DNA of 64,000 nt from Alkalispirochaeta sp. (GCA_965242725.1 CBDESZ010000025.1:352001-416000), one strand, 5' to 3'; counted from the stretch's first letter, positions 19,927 to 30,685 are shown. Made by a program: numbers and translations. Notes: generated by a model from the letters alone, not told the origin.

Positions 19927-21006
19927 ATGAGCGACGGTTCACTGTCCCAAGACGAAATTGATGCCCTCCTCGCGGGAACCGGCGATATAGATCTCGGAGA
20001 CAGCTCCGGCGGTGGAAGCTCGTCCGCGTCCGGCGGCTCCCTGGACGGTCTGAAAGCGGCGCTCGGAGAAACGGTGGAGCAACAACAGTCAAATATGGCG
20101 ATGATCACCGGTGAAGAGGTGAAGGTTGCACAGCCGACGGTAAACGGCGGAACACCCTCCGGCCTGAAGGGGCAGATGGTCCAGATCACCTACAATTTCG
20201 GTGACGCCGGTCGGCATCTGTACCTTCTGTCCGAGGATGACGCGATTCAGTTTGCCTCTGCTTCGATGGGGCTTGAAGACATTGAACTCGACGCCGCCGC
20301 GCTCAACGCCGTGCAGGAGGTGTTCTCCCAGGTTTCCGGTCCGGTGGTAAACGTTCTGAGTGACAGGACGGGAATCACAATCATTCCATCGCCTCCGGAA
20401 GCGACGACGGTGGACGTGTCGGGTGTGTCCTATCCGGATGATCCGGTGTATGCGCGCTACTCGATAACCCTCGGGGATAACAGTGCGACCCTCTATGAAA
20501 TTTTTGAAAGCGAATTTGCCGCGCGCCTTGCGCCGGCAGGCGGCCGGAGTTCGGGCGGCGCACCGCAACAGAACGCGGGGATGCAGCAATCCGCCGGCGG
20601 TCAGGGAATGCAGCAGGGCGGACAGATGTACGGAGGCGGTATGGGAAACATGATGGGCGGCGGTATGTCCGGCTTCGGCGGAGGTGGCGCCAACGTACAG
20701 TCTGTCCAATTCCCCAGCCTCCAGCAGCACGGCGGGTCCGGGGAGCAGGGCAACATCGGTCTGCTCATGGACGTGTACATGGAAATGACCGTCGAGCTCG
20801 GGCGTACCAAGAAACTCATTCGGGAAATCCTCGGTATGGGTGAAGGTACGATAATAGAGCTGGACAAACTCGCCGGTGAACCGGTGGATATTCTTGTCAA
20901 TCATAAACTCATCGCAAAGGGAGAGGTTGTCGTCATCGACGAGAACTTCGGTGTACGTGTAACGGAAATTGTATCTCCAATGGAGCGGGTGAGTGATATG
21001 ACCTGA
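19927..21006 (+). CDS. fliY: Flagellar switch protein FliY (CheC-like domain plus FliN domain)
   Basis: LSQDEIDALL N-terminus, divergent middle domain, G/Q/M-rich linker, FliN domain (VELGRT...GEVVVIDENFGVRV). Confidence 0.9.
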   Translation: MSDGSLSQDEIDALLAGTGDIDLGDSSGGGSSSASGGSLDGLKAALGETVEQQQSNMAMITGEEVKVAQPTVNGGTPSGLKGQMVQITYNFGDAGRHLYLLSEDDAIQFASASMGLEDIELDAAALNAVQEVFSQVSGPVVNVLSDRTGITIIPSPPEATTVDVSGVSYPDDPVYARYSITLGDNSATLYEIFESEFAARLAPAGGRSSGGAPQQNAGMQQSAGGQGMQQGGQMYGGGMGNMMGGGMSGFGGGGANVQSVQFPSLQQHGGSGEQGNIGLLMDVYMEMTVELGRTKKLIREILGMGEGTIIELDKLAGEPVDILVNHKLIAKGEVVVIDENFGVRVTEIVSPMERVSDMT

Positions 21007-21062
21007 TTGTAATACCGTTTGACAGGGGCGGCAGACCCGGGTCAAACGGAAGGGGAGGGGAA

Positions 21063-21734
21063 GTGAAACGATCACGTCTTTGGAGCGCCGCTGTACTGGC
21101 AGGTCTGCTCCTGTTTTCTGTATCTACAATACCGGTATATGCTCAGGACACCGGCATCTCTGAATCTCCGGACGACACAGGTGCGTCACCGATGGAGGGA
21201 GAGGAGCAATACGTCTTTTCCGGAGACGGCGGGAGCGGCACCGGGGAAGGGGAAAATGCGCCGGCTGAACTCGACACCTTCGGTGTGTGGGATCTGGTAC
21301 GCATGGTGGTGGTCCTTCTTCTCGTCGTTGCCGCCGTGTACGGCGTCATTACCCTGCTGCGGCGACGGATAGAATCACCGGCGAGCGACGAAGAGTCTCC
21401 CATACGCGTCCTGGCCAGTCGAACTCTCAGCACAAATCAGGAACTCCATGCGGTGATGATCGGCCGGCAGGTAATGATTCTCGGCGGTGGAGATGGAGGA
21501 CTCCATCTCATCACCCGCGTCGAGGATCAGGAAACGATCGACGAGTTGATCCTTGCCCACTCCTCCGGGAGTACCGGGGGAAGCAGAGGCAGGACATTCG
21601 GTTCGGTCCTGGCCCAGTGGCTGGGGAACGCCGCCGTTCCGGGTGCAGCCGATTCCCGCAAGGGGGAGGTGGCCGATCGGCCCGGGATGTCGCTGCTGAA
21701 GGCACAGCAGAACCGGTTGAGGAATCTCCGATGA
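21063..21734 (+). CDS. fliO: Flagellar biosynthesis protein FliO/FliZ
   Basis: Signal peptide, TM, IRVLASRTL beta domain; precedes fliP. Confidence 0.8.
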   Translation: MKRSRLWSAAVLAGLLLFSVSTIPVYAQDTGISESPDDTGASPMEGEEQYVFSGDGGSGTGEGENAPAELDTFGVWDLVRMVVVLLLVVAAVYGVITLLRRRIESPASDEESPIRVLASRTLSTNQELHAVMIGRQVMILGGGDGGLHLITRVEDQETIDELILAHSSGSTGGSRGRTFGSVLAQWLGNAAVPGAADSRKGEVADRPGMSLLKAQQNRLRNLR

Positions 21735-22573
21735 ATCGGACGAGACCGGCGCTGCTCACCACACTTGCCGGAATACTCCTCGTTCTCGCGATAACCGACC
21801 CGGTGTCGGCCCAATCGGTACGTAATCCGACGGCGAACACATTTGCCGATCCCCTCCTGAACCCCGCCGACGGAGAGACGGGACTGCAAATCCCCTTTGT
21901 GGATATGCAGCTCCGTGCGCCGGAGACGGGAGAGGAAGTCGCCCTGTCGTTGCGGTTGCTGCTCATCCTTGCCGTCCTGAGTCTCGCGCCCTCGATGGTC
22001 ATCATCATGACGAGCTTTCTCCGCATCGCCATTGTGCTCGACTTCGTCAAACGGGCGCTGTCCCTTCAGCAGGTGCCGCCGACTCAGGTGCTTCTGGGTA
22101 TCGCCCTCTTCATAACGATCTTTCTCATGTGGCCCACCTTCAATGAAATGTATGAAAATGCCTATCAGCCCCTGCAGGCCGGTGAAATCGGGCTGGACGA
22201 GGCGTACCAGCGCTTTGAAGGTCCGATCCGTGTCTTCATGTTCCGTCAAATGGAACGCGATCCCTCAAGCGTGGCGCTCTTTATGCGCATAGCCGGTCTG
22301 GGGCAGCCCCAGACCCTTGCGGACGTGCCAACCTACGTGCTCATACCCGGATTCATCCTGCACGAACTGACGGTGGCGTTCAAGATTGGGATTCTCCTGT
22401 ACATCCCCTTCATTATCGTGGACATGATCGTCGCGTCGACGCTCATGTCGATGGGTATGATCATGCTGCCGCCGATTATGATCTCCCTGCCGTTCAAGCT
22501 CATTCTCTTCGTACTCGTCGACGGTTGGAATCTGATTGTGCAGCAGCTGGTAGCCAGCTTTGGAGGTTTTTAA
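21731..22573 (+). CDS. fliP: Flagellar export protein FliP
   Basis: MTSFLRI, QQVPPTQVL, PPIMISLPFKLILFVLVDGW. Confidence 0.97.
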   Translation: MNRTRPALLTTLAGILLVLAITDPVSAQSVRNPTANTFADPLLNPADGETGLQIPFVDMQLRAPETGEEVALSLRLLLILAVLSLAPSMVIIMTSFLRIAIVLDFVKRALSLQQVPPTQVLLGIALFITIFLMWPTFNEMYENAYQPLQAGEIGLDEAYQRFEGPIRVFMFRQMERDPSSVALFMRIAGLGQPQTLADVPTYVLIPGFILHELTVAFKIGILLYIPFIIVDMIVASTLMSMGMIMLPPIMISLPFKLILFVLVDGWNLIVQQLVASFGGF

Positions 22574-22842
22574 TGGATCTCGGATTTGCCGTACTCATGT
22601 TTCGGACCGGAATCTTTCAACTCCTCGTCGTCGCCGCGCCGGCGCTGATCATCGGCATGGTGACGGGTCTCATCATCAGCATCTTTCAGGCGACGACGAG
22701 TATCCAGGAACAGACCCTCACGTTCGTGCCCAAAATCGCGGCCATTCTGCTCTCTCTCATTTTCTTCGGGCCCTGGATGATACAGATGTTGGTTCAATAT
22801 ACGATCAACTTATTTCAACAGATTCCCCAGATGGCCGGCTGA
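22573..22842 (+). CDS. fliQ: Flagellar export protein FliQ
   Basis: FQATTSIQEQTLTFVPK. Confidence 0.97.
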   Translation: MDLGFAVLMFRTGIFQLLVVAAPALIIGMVTGLIISIFQATTSIQEQTLTFVPKIAAILLSLIFFGPWMIQMLVQYTINLFQQIPQMAG

Positions 22843-23648
22843 TGATACTCGAAAGGATCGCCGTTGCAGCACCACTGTTCTTCCTCATCTTTGTTCGTAT
22901 TTACGCGCTGGTGCGTGTGTCGCCGATCACCTCATCCGCCGCGATTCCGGGAATTGCCCGGGTGGGGATAACCTTTTTTACGGGATTTGCAGTCTTTCCC
23001 TCCGTCCTGGCGTCTGGATATGTCATTCCACAAAGCGTCATGGGGTTTGTTCTTCTTGCCGTCGGGGAGGCACTTATCGGCATCATTACGGCGCTCTTCC
23101 TGGTCGTTATGTTTGCGGTCTTCCAGCTGGCGGGGCAGTTTTTCTCTCTCCAGATGGGATTTGGAGCTTCTCAGGTTTTTGATCCCCTTGCCCAGATCGA
23201 AATCCCCCTGGTGGGTCAATTCCTCAATATGGTCGCCATGATGGTATTCGTCATTTCATCGGGTCTGCAGCGGATATTTCTCTATGGAGTTCTCGGGTCC
23301 TTTTCAGCGATGCGGGCTGTGGATATTGCGGCCGCCAGAGGGGACCTCTTTTCCCTCGTGGCGTCCAGCCTGGGAGGACTCTTCCAGCAGAGCCTCGTCC
23401 TTGCCTTTCCGATTCTCGGAACCCTCTTTCTTCTGCAGATCACCATGGGGCTTTTCGGAAAAGCGGCGCCGCAAATGAATCTCCTCATGCTCGGCTTTCC
23501 CGCGGCGATCGGGCTGGCATTTCTGATCATCTTTCTTATCCTCCCCTTTCTCGTGGAGGCTTTTGACGGGATCATCGACAACGCGTTTTATCAAATACAG
23601 CTCATGTTTTCCAGGCAGTACGGCGTAACGCCGGGAGGAGCGTCATGA
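22842..23648 (+). CDS. fliR: Flagellar export protein FliR
   Basis: AGQFFSLQMGFG..FDP, KAAPQMNL. Confidence 0.96.
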   Translation: MILERIAVAAPLFFLIFVRIYALVRVSPITSSAAIPGIARVGITFFTGFAVFPSVLASGYVIPQSVMGFVLLAVGEALIGIITALFLVVMFAVFQLAGQFFSLQMGFGASQVFDPLAQIEIPLVGQFLNMVAMMVFVISSGLQRIFLYGVLGSFSAMRAVDIAAARGDLFSLVASSLGGLFQQSLVLAFPILGTLFLLQITMGLFGKAAPQMNLLMLGFPAAIGLAFLIIFLILPFLVEAFDGIIDNAFYQIQLMFSRQYGVTPGGAS

Positions 23649-24790
23649 ACGACGATTTCATGCGATCCCGCTCCGCCCTCGCCGCACAGCTTGCGGGTAT
23701 GCACGCCCAGTGGTTTGCCGCCGAAGACGAAGGACGCACGGAAGACCCGACGGAACAGAAGATTCGCAAGTCCCGGGAAGAGGGAAAGGTCGCGAAGAGT
23801 CCCGACGTAAGCAGCGCCGTGGTGCTCCTCTTCTCCGTCGTTGCCCTGGGAATACTCGGCGAGTTCATGCTGTCCAACATCCTGGACATGGTTCGGTACT
23901 ATCTGTCCCGCGTCGCCGACGCGGATCCCGTGTCGGGAAGTATCCTTATGCGGGCGTTCTTTCACTATTTTGTCCGTATCAGTCTGCCGATTGCGCTTGT
24001 CGCCTTTGTCGCGGCCATTGTGGGAAATGTCGTCCAGTTTGGATTTCTCTTTACAACGAAGCCGATCACTCCTGACTTCAATCGCATCGCCCCGCGCTTC
24101 GACAAGTGGATCCAGCGTTCGTTCCTCTCGACGGAAGCGATCTACAACTTCATGCGCAGCCTCGGGAAGGTCATCCTGATCGGCACGATTTCATACACAG
24201 TCATACGGACGAGGTTTGACCGCCTGGCAAATCTCATTCGTGCACCCTATCGATACGCATTCTCCTTTATCGCTGAAACGGTTTTTCTCCTGCTCCTTGC
24301 CGCGTCGATCGTGCTCTTGGTAATCAGTCTCTTTGACTATCTCTTTCAGCGCCATCAACACAGGGAACAGCTGAAAATGACGAAGCAGGAAGTAAAAGAG
24401 GAGCGCAAGCAGTTTGAGGGAGATCCGATGATCCGGAACCGGCTTCGTCGGAGAATGCAGGAAATGCTTACGCGAAATGTGGCGGAGCAGGTTCGGTCGG
24501 CGGACGTTGTGGTGACCAACCCGACGCACTTTGCCGTTGCCCTCCAGTATGATGCCCAGTCGATGAGCGCGCCGACGGTCGTTGCCAAGGGTCAGGACGA
24601 GGCGGCGCTGCGGATTCGGCGTATTGCAGCGGAGGCGGAGGTTCCGGTGATTGAAAACAAACCCCTCGCTCGGGCGATATATGCCGAGGTCGAAGTGGGC
24701 GATCAGATTCCTGAAAAATTCTATGAAGCGATGGTGATTGTGCTCCGGGAAGTGTATCGCATGAAAGGAAAGAAGGTAGTCTATGGCTGA
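23645..24790 (+). CDS. flhB: Flagellar export protein FlhB
   Basis: TEDPT..K..REEG, KMTKQEVKEE, NPTH autocleavage motif. Confidence 0.97.
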   Translation: MNDDFMRSRSALAAQLAGMHAQWFAAEDEGRTEDPTEQKIRKSREEGKVAKSPDVSSAVVLLFSVVALGILGEFMLSNILDMVRYYLSRVADADPVSGSILMRAFFHYFVRISLPIALVAFVAAIVGNVVQFGFLFTTKPITPDFNRIAPRFDKWIQRSFLSTEAIYNFMRSLGKVILIGTISYTVIRTRFDRLANLIRAPYRYAFSFIAETVFLLLLAASIVLLVISLFDYLFQRHQHREQLKMTKQEVKEERKQFEGDPMIRNRLRRRMQEMLTRNVAEQVRSADVVVTNPTHFAVALQYDAQSMSAPTVVAKGQDEAALRIRRIAAEAEVPVIENKPLARAIYAEVEVGDQIPEKFYEAMVIVLREVYRMKGKKVVYG

Positions 24791-26903
24791 TACGGGACAA
24801 ACGACAAACGCTCCCGGCTTTTTTGGAGGCCTCCTGGCGAGCGGCAGGAGTGACGCAATCGTCGCAATAGGTGTGATCGTCGTGGTAATGATGCTTATCA
24901 TTCCCCTTCCCACCGTCCTGCTTGATACCCTGATGGCGACCAATCTGCTGTTGAGCCTCCTGACGATCCTTATCGTGCTGTATACAAAAAACGCCCTTGA
25001 ATTCTCGGTGTTTCCGACGTTGTTGCTGGTCACGACCGTCTTTGGCCTTGCCCTGAACGTCTCGTCGACGCGGCTTATTCTCAGTCAGGGCTCCGCGTTC
25101 GGCGGCCAGATTGTCCGTGCTTTCGCCCGGTTTGTGGTGGGTACGGAAGGAACCGAGGGACTCGTCATCGGGTTGATCATATTCGTCATACTCGTGGCGG
25201 TTCAGTTCATCGTCATTACCAAGGGAGCGACCAGAGTTGCCGAGGTGGCAGCGCGATTCACCCTGGACGCTCTTCCGGGAAAACAGATGGCCATTGAGGC
25301 CGAATACAACAGCGGTACCCTCACGGAAGAGGAAATGACCCGTAAGAAGATGGAGCTGGAACGGGAAGTCGACTTTTACGGAGCCATGGACGGTGCGAGC
25401 AAGTTCGTCTCCGGTAACGTCAAGGTCGGTATTCTCATTACCGTGGTGAATATTATCGGCGGCCTGATCGTGGGTACGACGATTCACGGTGAACCGATCA
25501 ACATGGCGCTGAATACATACGTCTCCCTCACCGTCGGTGACGGTCTGGTGACGCAGTTTCCGGCCCTTCTGATCAGTACCGCAACGGGTCTGATCGTCAC
25601 CCGGGCGATCTCGGACGGTACGTTCGGGGAAGACGTGGCCAGTCAGTTCACCAGGCAATCCCGGATATACTGGATTGCCACCATATTCCTCGGCGGACTC
25701 TCGTTACTGCCGGGTTTCCCCTGGTACGTCCTCGTTCCGATGGCGGGACTCACCGCATTTACCGCCTACCGGCTGCAGCGTCGTGATGCGACCCGGGCCG
25801 CGGTGGAGGCGGAAAAGGCGGCGGAATCCGCTCCGGACCGGAAGCACGCCGAGCCCACCCATGTTGCGCCCCTTGATCCCCTCTCCATGGAGCTGGGATA
25901 CGGGCTGATTCCCCTCGTGGACAAGGAAAAGGGTGCGGAACTGCTCGACAGAATTACGAGTATTCGCCGGGAAACAGCCCTTGAATACGGCCTCGTGGTG
26001 CCGCGAATACGGATCATCGATAACATGCGTCTCGGTCCCAGTGAATACACTCTGAAAATCCGCGGCGTCGAAGTGGGACGCGGTGCGATACGCATGGGCC
26101 AGTATATGTGCATAAACCCCGGCGGGGCTCGTGAGGATATTCCCGGTGAAGAGACCACGGACCCGGCCTTTGGTCTGCCGGCACGGTGGATATCCGACGA
26201 CCTCCGGGAGCGGGCGGAACGTGCAGGGTATACAGTCGTTGACCCGCCGTCGATTATCGCCACCCACCTGACGGAAGTCATTAAACGCCACGCGTCGGAT
26301 CTTCTGGGACGGCAGGAGATGCGTCAAATGCTGGATCAGCTCAAACAGGACTACCCCGCCGTCGTTGACGAGGTAAACGGCGCCCTCAACCTCGGGCAGA
26401 TTCAGAAAGTCTTTCAGGGATTGCTTGAAGAACATGTATCCATACGTAACCAGGTTGCAATTCTTGAGGCGTTGGCGGATTATGCCGGTGTCAGCAAGGA
26501 GCCGGGATTTCTGATTGAGAAGGCGCGGCAGGCGTTGGGACGACAGATATGTCTCCAGTACGCCGATGCAGATCGGACGATTCGCGTCGTGACGGTGGAA
26601 CCTGCGCTTGAACAGAAAATTGTGGAAAGCCGCGTCGAGACGGCGTCGGGGGCGATAAGTGCGTTACCGCCGGCGGAGCGGCGCCGGTGGATAGAAAGCG
26701 TATCGACCCAAATGCGCTCAATGCAGGAGCAGGGATTTCTTCCGATAATCCTCTCCTCCGAAGCGGCACGGGCGCTTATAAAACAGAGCATACGACGGGA
26801 ACTACCCGATGTGACGGTCCTCTCCATACCGGAAATAGTATCTGATGTGCGAGTTGAGTCTGTTGGAGAGATTTCATTTGAAAAAACGAACGGGGGCACG
26901 TGA
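24783..26903 (+). CDS. flhA: Flagellar export protein FlhA
   Basis: FIVITKGATRVAEVAARFTLDALPGKQMAI, FYGAMDGASKFV. Confidence 0.98.
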   Translation: MADTGQTTNAPGFFGGLLASGRSDAIVAIGVIVVVMMLIIPLPTVLLDTLMATNLLLSLLTILIVLYTKNALEFSVFPTLLLVTTVFGLALNVSSTRLILSQGSAFGGQIVRAFARFVVGTEGTEGLVIGLIIFVILVAVQFIVITKGATRVAEVAARFTLDALPGKQMAIEAEYNSGTLTEEEMTRKKMELEREVDFYGAMDGASKFVSGNVKVGILITVVNIIGGLIVGTTIHGEPINMALNTYVSLTVGDGLVTQFPALLISTATGLIVTRAISDGTFGEDVASQFTRQSRIYWIATIFLGGLSLLPGFPWYVLVPMAGLTAFTAYRLQRRDATRAAVEAEKAAESAPDRKHAEPTHVAPLDPLSMELGYGLIPLVDKEKGAELLDRITSIRRETALEYGLVVPRIRIIDNMRLGPSEYTLKIRGVEVGRGAIRMGQYMCINPGGAREDIPGEETTDPAFGLPARWISDDLRERAERAGYTVVDPPSIIATHLTEVIKRHASDLLGRQEMRQMLDQLKQDYPAVVDEVNGALNLGQIQKVFQGLLEEHVSIRNQVAILEALADYAGVSKEPGFLIEKARQALGRQICLQYADADRTIRVVTVEPALEQKIVESRVETASGAISALPPAERRRWIESVSTQMRSMQEQGFLPIILSSEAARALIKQSIRRELPDVTVLSIPEIVSDVRVESVGEISFEKTNGGT

Positions 26904-28174
26904 TGGACTATTTTGTGGAGCAAGCTCCAAACGACTATGAGGTACAGGCGCTCATACGAAAGAAATACGGCGACAGGGCGCGCATTCTCGCCCGCAAGGA
27001 GATCCGTACCGGCGGATTTCTTGGCCTCTTCAGACGTCGGGCGGTAGAGGTCACCGGCTACTGCACCCACGCACCGCAACCACGGACGGCGACGGTACGG
27101 GGCACCGCGCTGGATGAGCGAAAAAAGATACTTGCCGCGGCGTTGGGATCGGCACAGGAGGGCGCCGCCCCCACGGCCAATGGTCAGTCCGTTGTAAGGG
27201 ATGAGAATAGACGGCCCGCCTCCACAGCGATGCACGCTGGAACGTCCGTCTCGACACCGGAAAATGGAAACTTTGCGGAGGTTCTCTCGGAGATACGGTC
27301 AATAAAAGCCCAACTGTCCCGGCCCGGGGAGGCGGGCAAGGCGGGCGCCGATCCCGAGGGAGTATCCCGCATTGCCGAGGTGCTGGAAGAGAACGATTTT
27401 TCGAGATCATTTATCGAGGAAACGGTGGCCTCCCTCAAGAAAGAGTGCAGTTACGACGACCTGTCGGACTTTGATTTTGTCGCGGAAAAGACGGTACAGC
27501 GAATTACCGACGCCGTCTCAATCTATCCGTGGCAGGAGCGTCGTCGCACCCCGCACGTCTTCGTCCTTGTCGGACCGACGGGAGTGGGAAAGACGACAAC
27601 CATTGCCAAGCTTGCCGCCATGTACGGCGCCGTTGCAGACCCGTCCTATGATGTCCGGATCCTTACAATCGACAGCTACCGCATCGGGGCGCTACAACAG
27701 ATTGAGAAGTACGGTGAAATAATGAACATACCCGTCCATTCCGTTGAGACCGTGGACGAAATGGAAAAGCAGCTTGCCCTCAACGGGGATGCCGATTTCA
27801 TATTCATCGATACCATAGGAAAGAGTCCCAACGATTTTGCAAAACTTGCGGAGGTGAACAAGCTGGTCCGCTCCGCGGGGGGGGAAGTCCATCTGGCCGT
27901 TAGTGCCACGACGAAAAGAACCGATATTCTCGACATCCTGCGCCATTTTGAACCCTTTCACTACCAGGCGGTAGTGGTAACCAAGCTCGATGAGACCTCC
28001 ACTGTCGGAGGGATTATCAGTGCATTGAAAGAAAAGCAAAAGTCGGTGAGCTTCATTACCGATGGTCAAAGTGTACCGCAGGATATTGAGAGGGCTCGAC
28101 ACAATACCTTTCTCAGACGGCTCCGAGAACTCCCGGTGGAACGACGAGAGCCTGAACCTGTTCACAAGGAGTAG
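26903..28174 (+). CDS. flhF: SRP-family GTPase FlhF
   Basis: [40 protein letters not shown] at 26900 is an alternative start. Confidence 0.96.
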   Translation: MDYFVEQAPNDYEVQALIRKKYGDRARILARKEIRTGGFLGLFRRRAVEVTGYCTHAPQPRTATVRGTALDERKKILAAALGSAQEGAAPTANGQSVVRDENRRPASTAMHAGTSVSTPENGNFAEVLSEIRSIKAQLSRPGEAGKAGADPEGVSRIAEVLEENDFSRSFIEETVASLKKECSYDDLSDFDFVAEKTVQRITDAVSIYPWQERRRTPHVFVLVGPTGVGKTTTIAKLAAMYGAVADPSYDVRILTIDSYRIGALQQIEKYGEIMNIPVHSVETVDEMEKQLALNGDADFIFIDTIGKSPNDFAKLAEVNKLVRSAGGEVHLAVSATTKRTDILDILRHFEPFHYQAVVVTKLDETSTVGGIISALKEKQKSVSFITDGQSVPQDIERARHNTFLRRLRELPVERREPEPVHKE

Positions 28175-28177
28175 ACA

Positions 28178-29047
28178 ATGACTGATCAGGCGGAAACATT
28201 GCGTGAAATCATGCGTCACCGTGGTGATACGGACCGGCCGGAGTCGCGGACGAGAATCATCACCGTCGCCAGCGGAAAGGGCGGCGTCGGCAAGACGAAC
28301 ATCGCCACCAATCTGGCGTTGAGTTACGCTGCGATGGGTAAAAAAGTGATCCTCATGGACGCGGACCTGGGACTTGCCAACGTCAACGTCGTTCTCGGGG
28401 TCATTCCGAAATACAACCTCTATCACGTGATTCGCAAGCAGAAACAGATGAGCGACATCATCATGGATACCGACTACGGCATACAGATCGTCGCCGGTGC
28501 GTCCGGTTTCGCGAAAATCGCGAACCTCACGGAAGAGGAGCGCCAGGATTTCATCGAGGAACTTCAGCATATCGGTCAGGCGGATATCGTCATTATCGAT
28601 GCGGGTGCGGGAGTCAGCAACAACGTCATAGCGTTCGTTGCCGCCGCCGATGAGGCGATCATCGTCACGACACCGGAACCGACTGCAATTACCGACGCCT
28701 ACGGCATCATCAAGATCATCGCCACCGAAATCGACAATCTGAACCTTGGTCTGAAACTCATCGTTAACCGCGTGAAATCGGTGACCGAAGGAAAAAAGGT
28801 CGCCGAACGGGTCATCAATATCGCGGGACAGTTTCTCAACCTGAAAATAGACTATCTCGGATACGTCTATGATGATTCTTCGGTACAGCAGGGTGTGTTA
28901 AAACAGAAACCATTTGTCGTGCTTGACCCGAAAGGCAAGGCGAGTATTTGTGTGCAGCAGATTGCGGGACGCCTTGAACGGGTGGATTACCGGGAAGGAG
29001 GAGGAGTAGGGCAGTTTCTGAAACGTCTCTTCGGGAAACTTCAGTAA
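28178..29047 (+). CDS. flhG: MinD-like ATPase FlhG
   Basis: DQA motif, SGKGGVGKT, DADLGLAN, TPEPTAITDAY. Confidence 0.96.
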   Translation: MTDQAETLREIMRHRGDTDRPESRTRIITVASGKGGVGKTNIATNLALSYAAMGKKVILMDADLGLANVNVVLGVIPKYNLYHVIRKQKQMSDIIMDTDYGIQIVAGASGFAKIANLTEEERQDFIEELQHIGQADIVIIDAGAGVSNNVIAFVAAADEAIIVTTPEPTAITDAYGIIKIIATEIDNLNLGLKLIVNRVKSVTEGKKVAERVINIAGQFLNLKIDYLGYVYDDSSVQQGVLKQKPFVVLDPKGKASICVQQIAGRLERVDYREGGGVGQFLKRLFGKLQ

Positions 29048-29048
29048 C

Positions 29049-29078
29049 TTGACGACGATTTTCGATATACCTTACTCT
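29049..29078 (+). promoter_or_regulatory. Putative internal sigma70 promoter upstream of hyp-fliA
   Basis: TTGACG(29049-54)-N18-TACTCT(29073-78) in an AT-rich gap. Confidence 0.45.
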
Positions 29079-29091
29079 TTAATGTGAATTG

Positions 29092-29865
29092 ATGGAACGT
29101 TATACGCGTATTGCGGTTCCCGGAGCCGTCGTTGGATTGGTGTTATCAATACTCGTCGCGCTGATTGCGGGAGTACCTTTTGGTGTTCTCATCCTCCGCG
29201 GGCTGCTGAGCGGCGTCGTTCTGGGAGTTGGCAGCGTGGGCGTGTATGTCGTCGCGGAGCGGCTGTTACCCGGCCTCTTTGACGGAGAATCGGCAATTGA
29301 AGGTTCTGATACTTTGGATTCCCGTTCAGACTTGCATGAAGAAGAAGGGGATGAGAGACAAAATCGTCGAGTTGATATCGTGCTTGAAGACGAAGAGGAT
29401 GACCGGGAGCCGTCGCGGCGGGCTGAAAAGCCGGAGGCGGCCGAATTCGACGACGGGGATGCTTCGGATTTTCGTGATGCCCCGGGCGACGCCGGGTCCG
29501 GTGTATCGGACCGCGGCTACGATGACGATGAACTGGTGGACGAAGTTGAGGAACAGGGCGGCGGCAGCGCCCGGGAATTGACCCATCAGGCGGAAGAAGA
29601 GCGGAAATATGGCGGCGGCATCGAAATCGATGACGCCGTGCTGGACGAAATGCCGGACATCGGCGCGTTTTCCAGCACTTTTTCGACGTCACAGGATGGT
29701 GAAGACGATCTGCCCGGAAGCGGCAGTCTCGACGGATTTGAAAGTTCCGGAGGCGGCGGCGAGAGCCGCTCTCTTTCATCCCGTGCGAGCGGTATGGCCG
29801 GAAACGATCCGGCGACCATCGCAAAAGCGTTGAAAACGATGTTGAGCCGTGACGAGAAAGAATAG
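29092..29865 (+). CDS. Hypothetical membrane protein: two N-terminal TMs, acidic disordered linker, FliF-like C-terminal motif
   Basis: Hydrophobic first ~55 aa; D/E-rich middle; C-terminal DPATIAKALKTML. Confidence 0.8.
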   Translation: MERYTRIAVPGAVVGLVLSILVALIAGVPFGVLILRGLLSGVVLGVGSVGVYVVAERLLPGLFDGESAIEGSDTLDSRSDLHEEEGDERQNRRVDIVLEDEEDDREPSRRAEKPEAAEFDDGDASDFRDAPGDAGSGVSDRGYDDDELVDEVEEQGGGSARELTHQAEEERKYGGGIEIDDAVLDEMPDIGAFSSTFSTSQDGEDDLPGSGSLDGFESSGGGGESRSLSSRASGMAGNDPATIAKALKTMLSRDEKE

Positions 29866-29896
29866 TACGCTACACTGAAGATAACTGGGGAGGGGA

Positions 29897-30685
29897 ATGA
29901 GCGACAGTGTACTGACGGAAAAGACAGAAGAAGAACTCTGGCGACTTTACCGTAAGACAAAAGACGAGGCGATCAGAAACCGCCTCATTAAACAGTATCT
30001 CCCCCTGGTCAAGTATGTCGCCGGCAAGCTCGCCGTTGGTATGCCCCAGAATGTGGAGTTTGACGACCTTGTCAGTTACGGCGTCATCGGTCTTTTCGAT
30101 GCCATTGAAAAATTCGACCCCGGTAAGCACGTCAAGTTCAAGACCTACGCGGTGACCCGCGTGCGGGGTTCCATATTCGACCAGTTGCGACAACTCGACT
30201 GGGTGCCCCGTTCGGTACGTCAGAAGACGAGGGAACTTGAAGAAACGGTCCGGCGCCTTGAGGCGCAACTCGGTAGAGCGGCGACGGATCAGGAAATCGC
30301 GAAGGAACTGGGGATAACCGAAGCGGAGTTTGAGAAGCTCGTCCTCAAGATCAGCGGAACTACCGTTCTCTCCCTCAACGACGTATGGTACTCCGGTGAA
30401 GACAACGATCGAATGTCCATCGGAGACAGTATCGAGAGTCCTCAGAGCCGGAATCCCGACTCGATCGTCGAGAAAGAGGAAATGAAGCGGGTCATCGTCG
30501 AAGCGATCGGTGACCTCCCCGACAAGGAGAAGAAGGTCCTTGTCCTCTACTACTATGAAAACCTCACGTTGAAGGAAATCGGCGCAGTGCTGGGAGTGAC
30601 GGAATCGCGGATTTCCCAGCTTCACACAAAGGCGATCGTACGTCTGCGCGGTCGCCTGACAAGCGTCAAGCGGGGTATTATGTAA
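29897..30685 (+). CDS. fliA: RNA polymerase sigma28 factor FliA/WhiG
   Basis: [48 protein letters not shown]. Confidence 0.96.
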   Translation: MSDSVLTEKTEEELWRLYRKTKDEAIRNRLIKQYLPLVKYVAGKLAVGMPQNVEFDDLVSYGVIGLFDAIEKFDPGKHVKFKTYAVTRVRGSIFDQLRQLDWVPRSVRQKTRELEETVRRLEAQLGRAATDQEIAKELGITEAEFEKLVLKISGTTVLSLNDVWYSGEDNDRMSIGDSIESPQSRNPDSIVEKEEMKRVIVEAIGDLPDKEKKVLVLYYYENLTLKEIGAVLGVTESRISQLHTKAIVRLRGRLTSVKRGIM

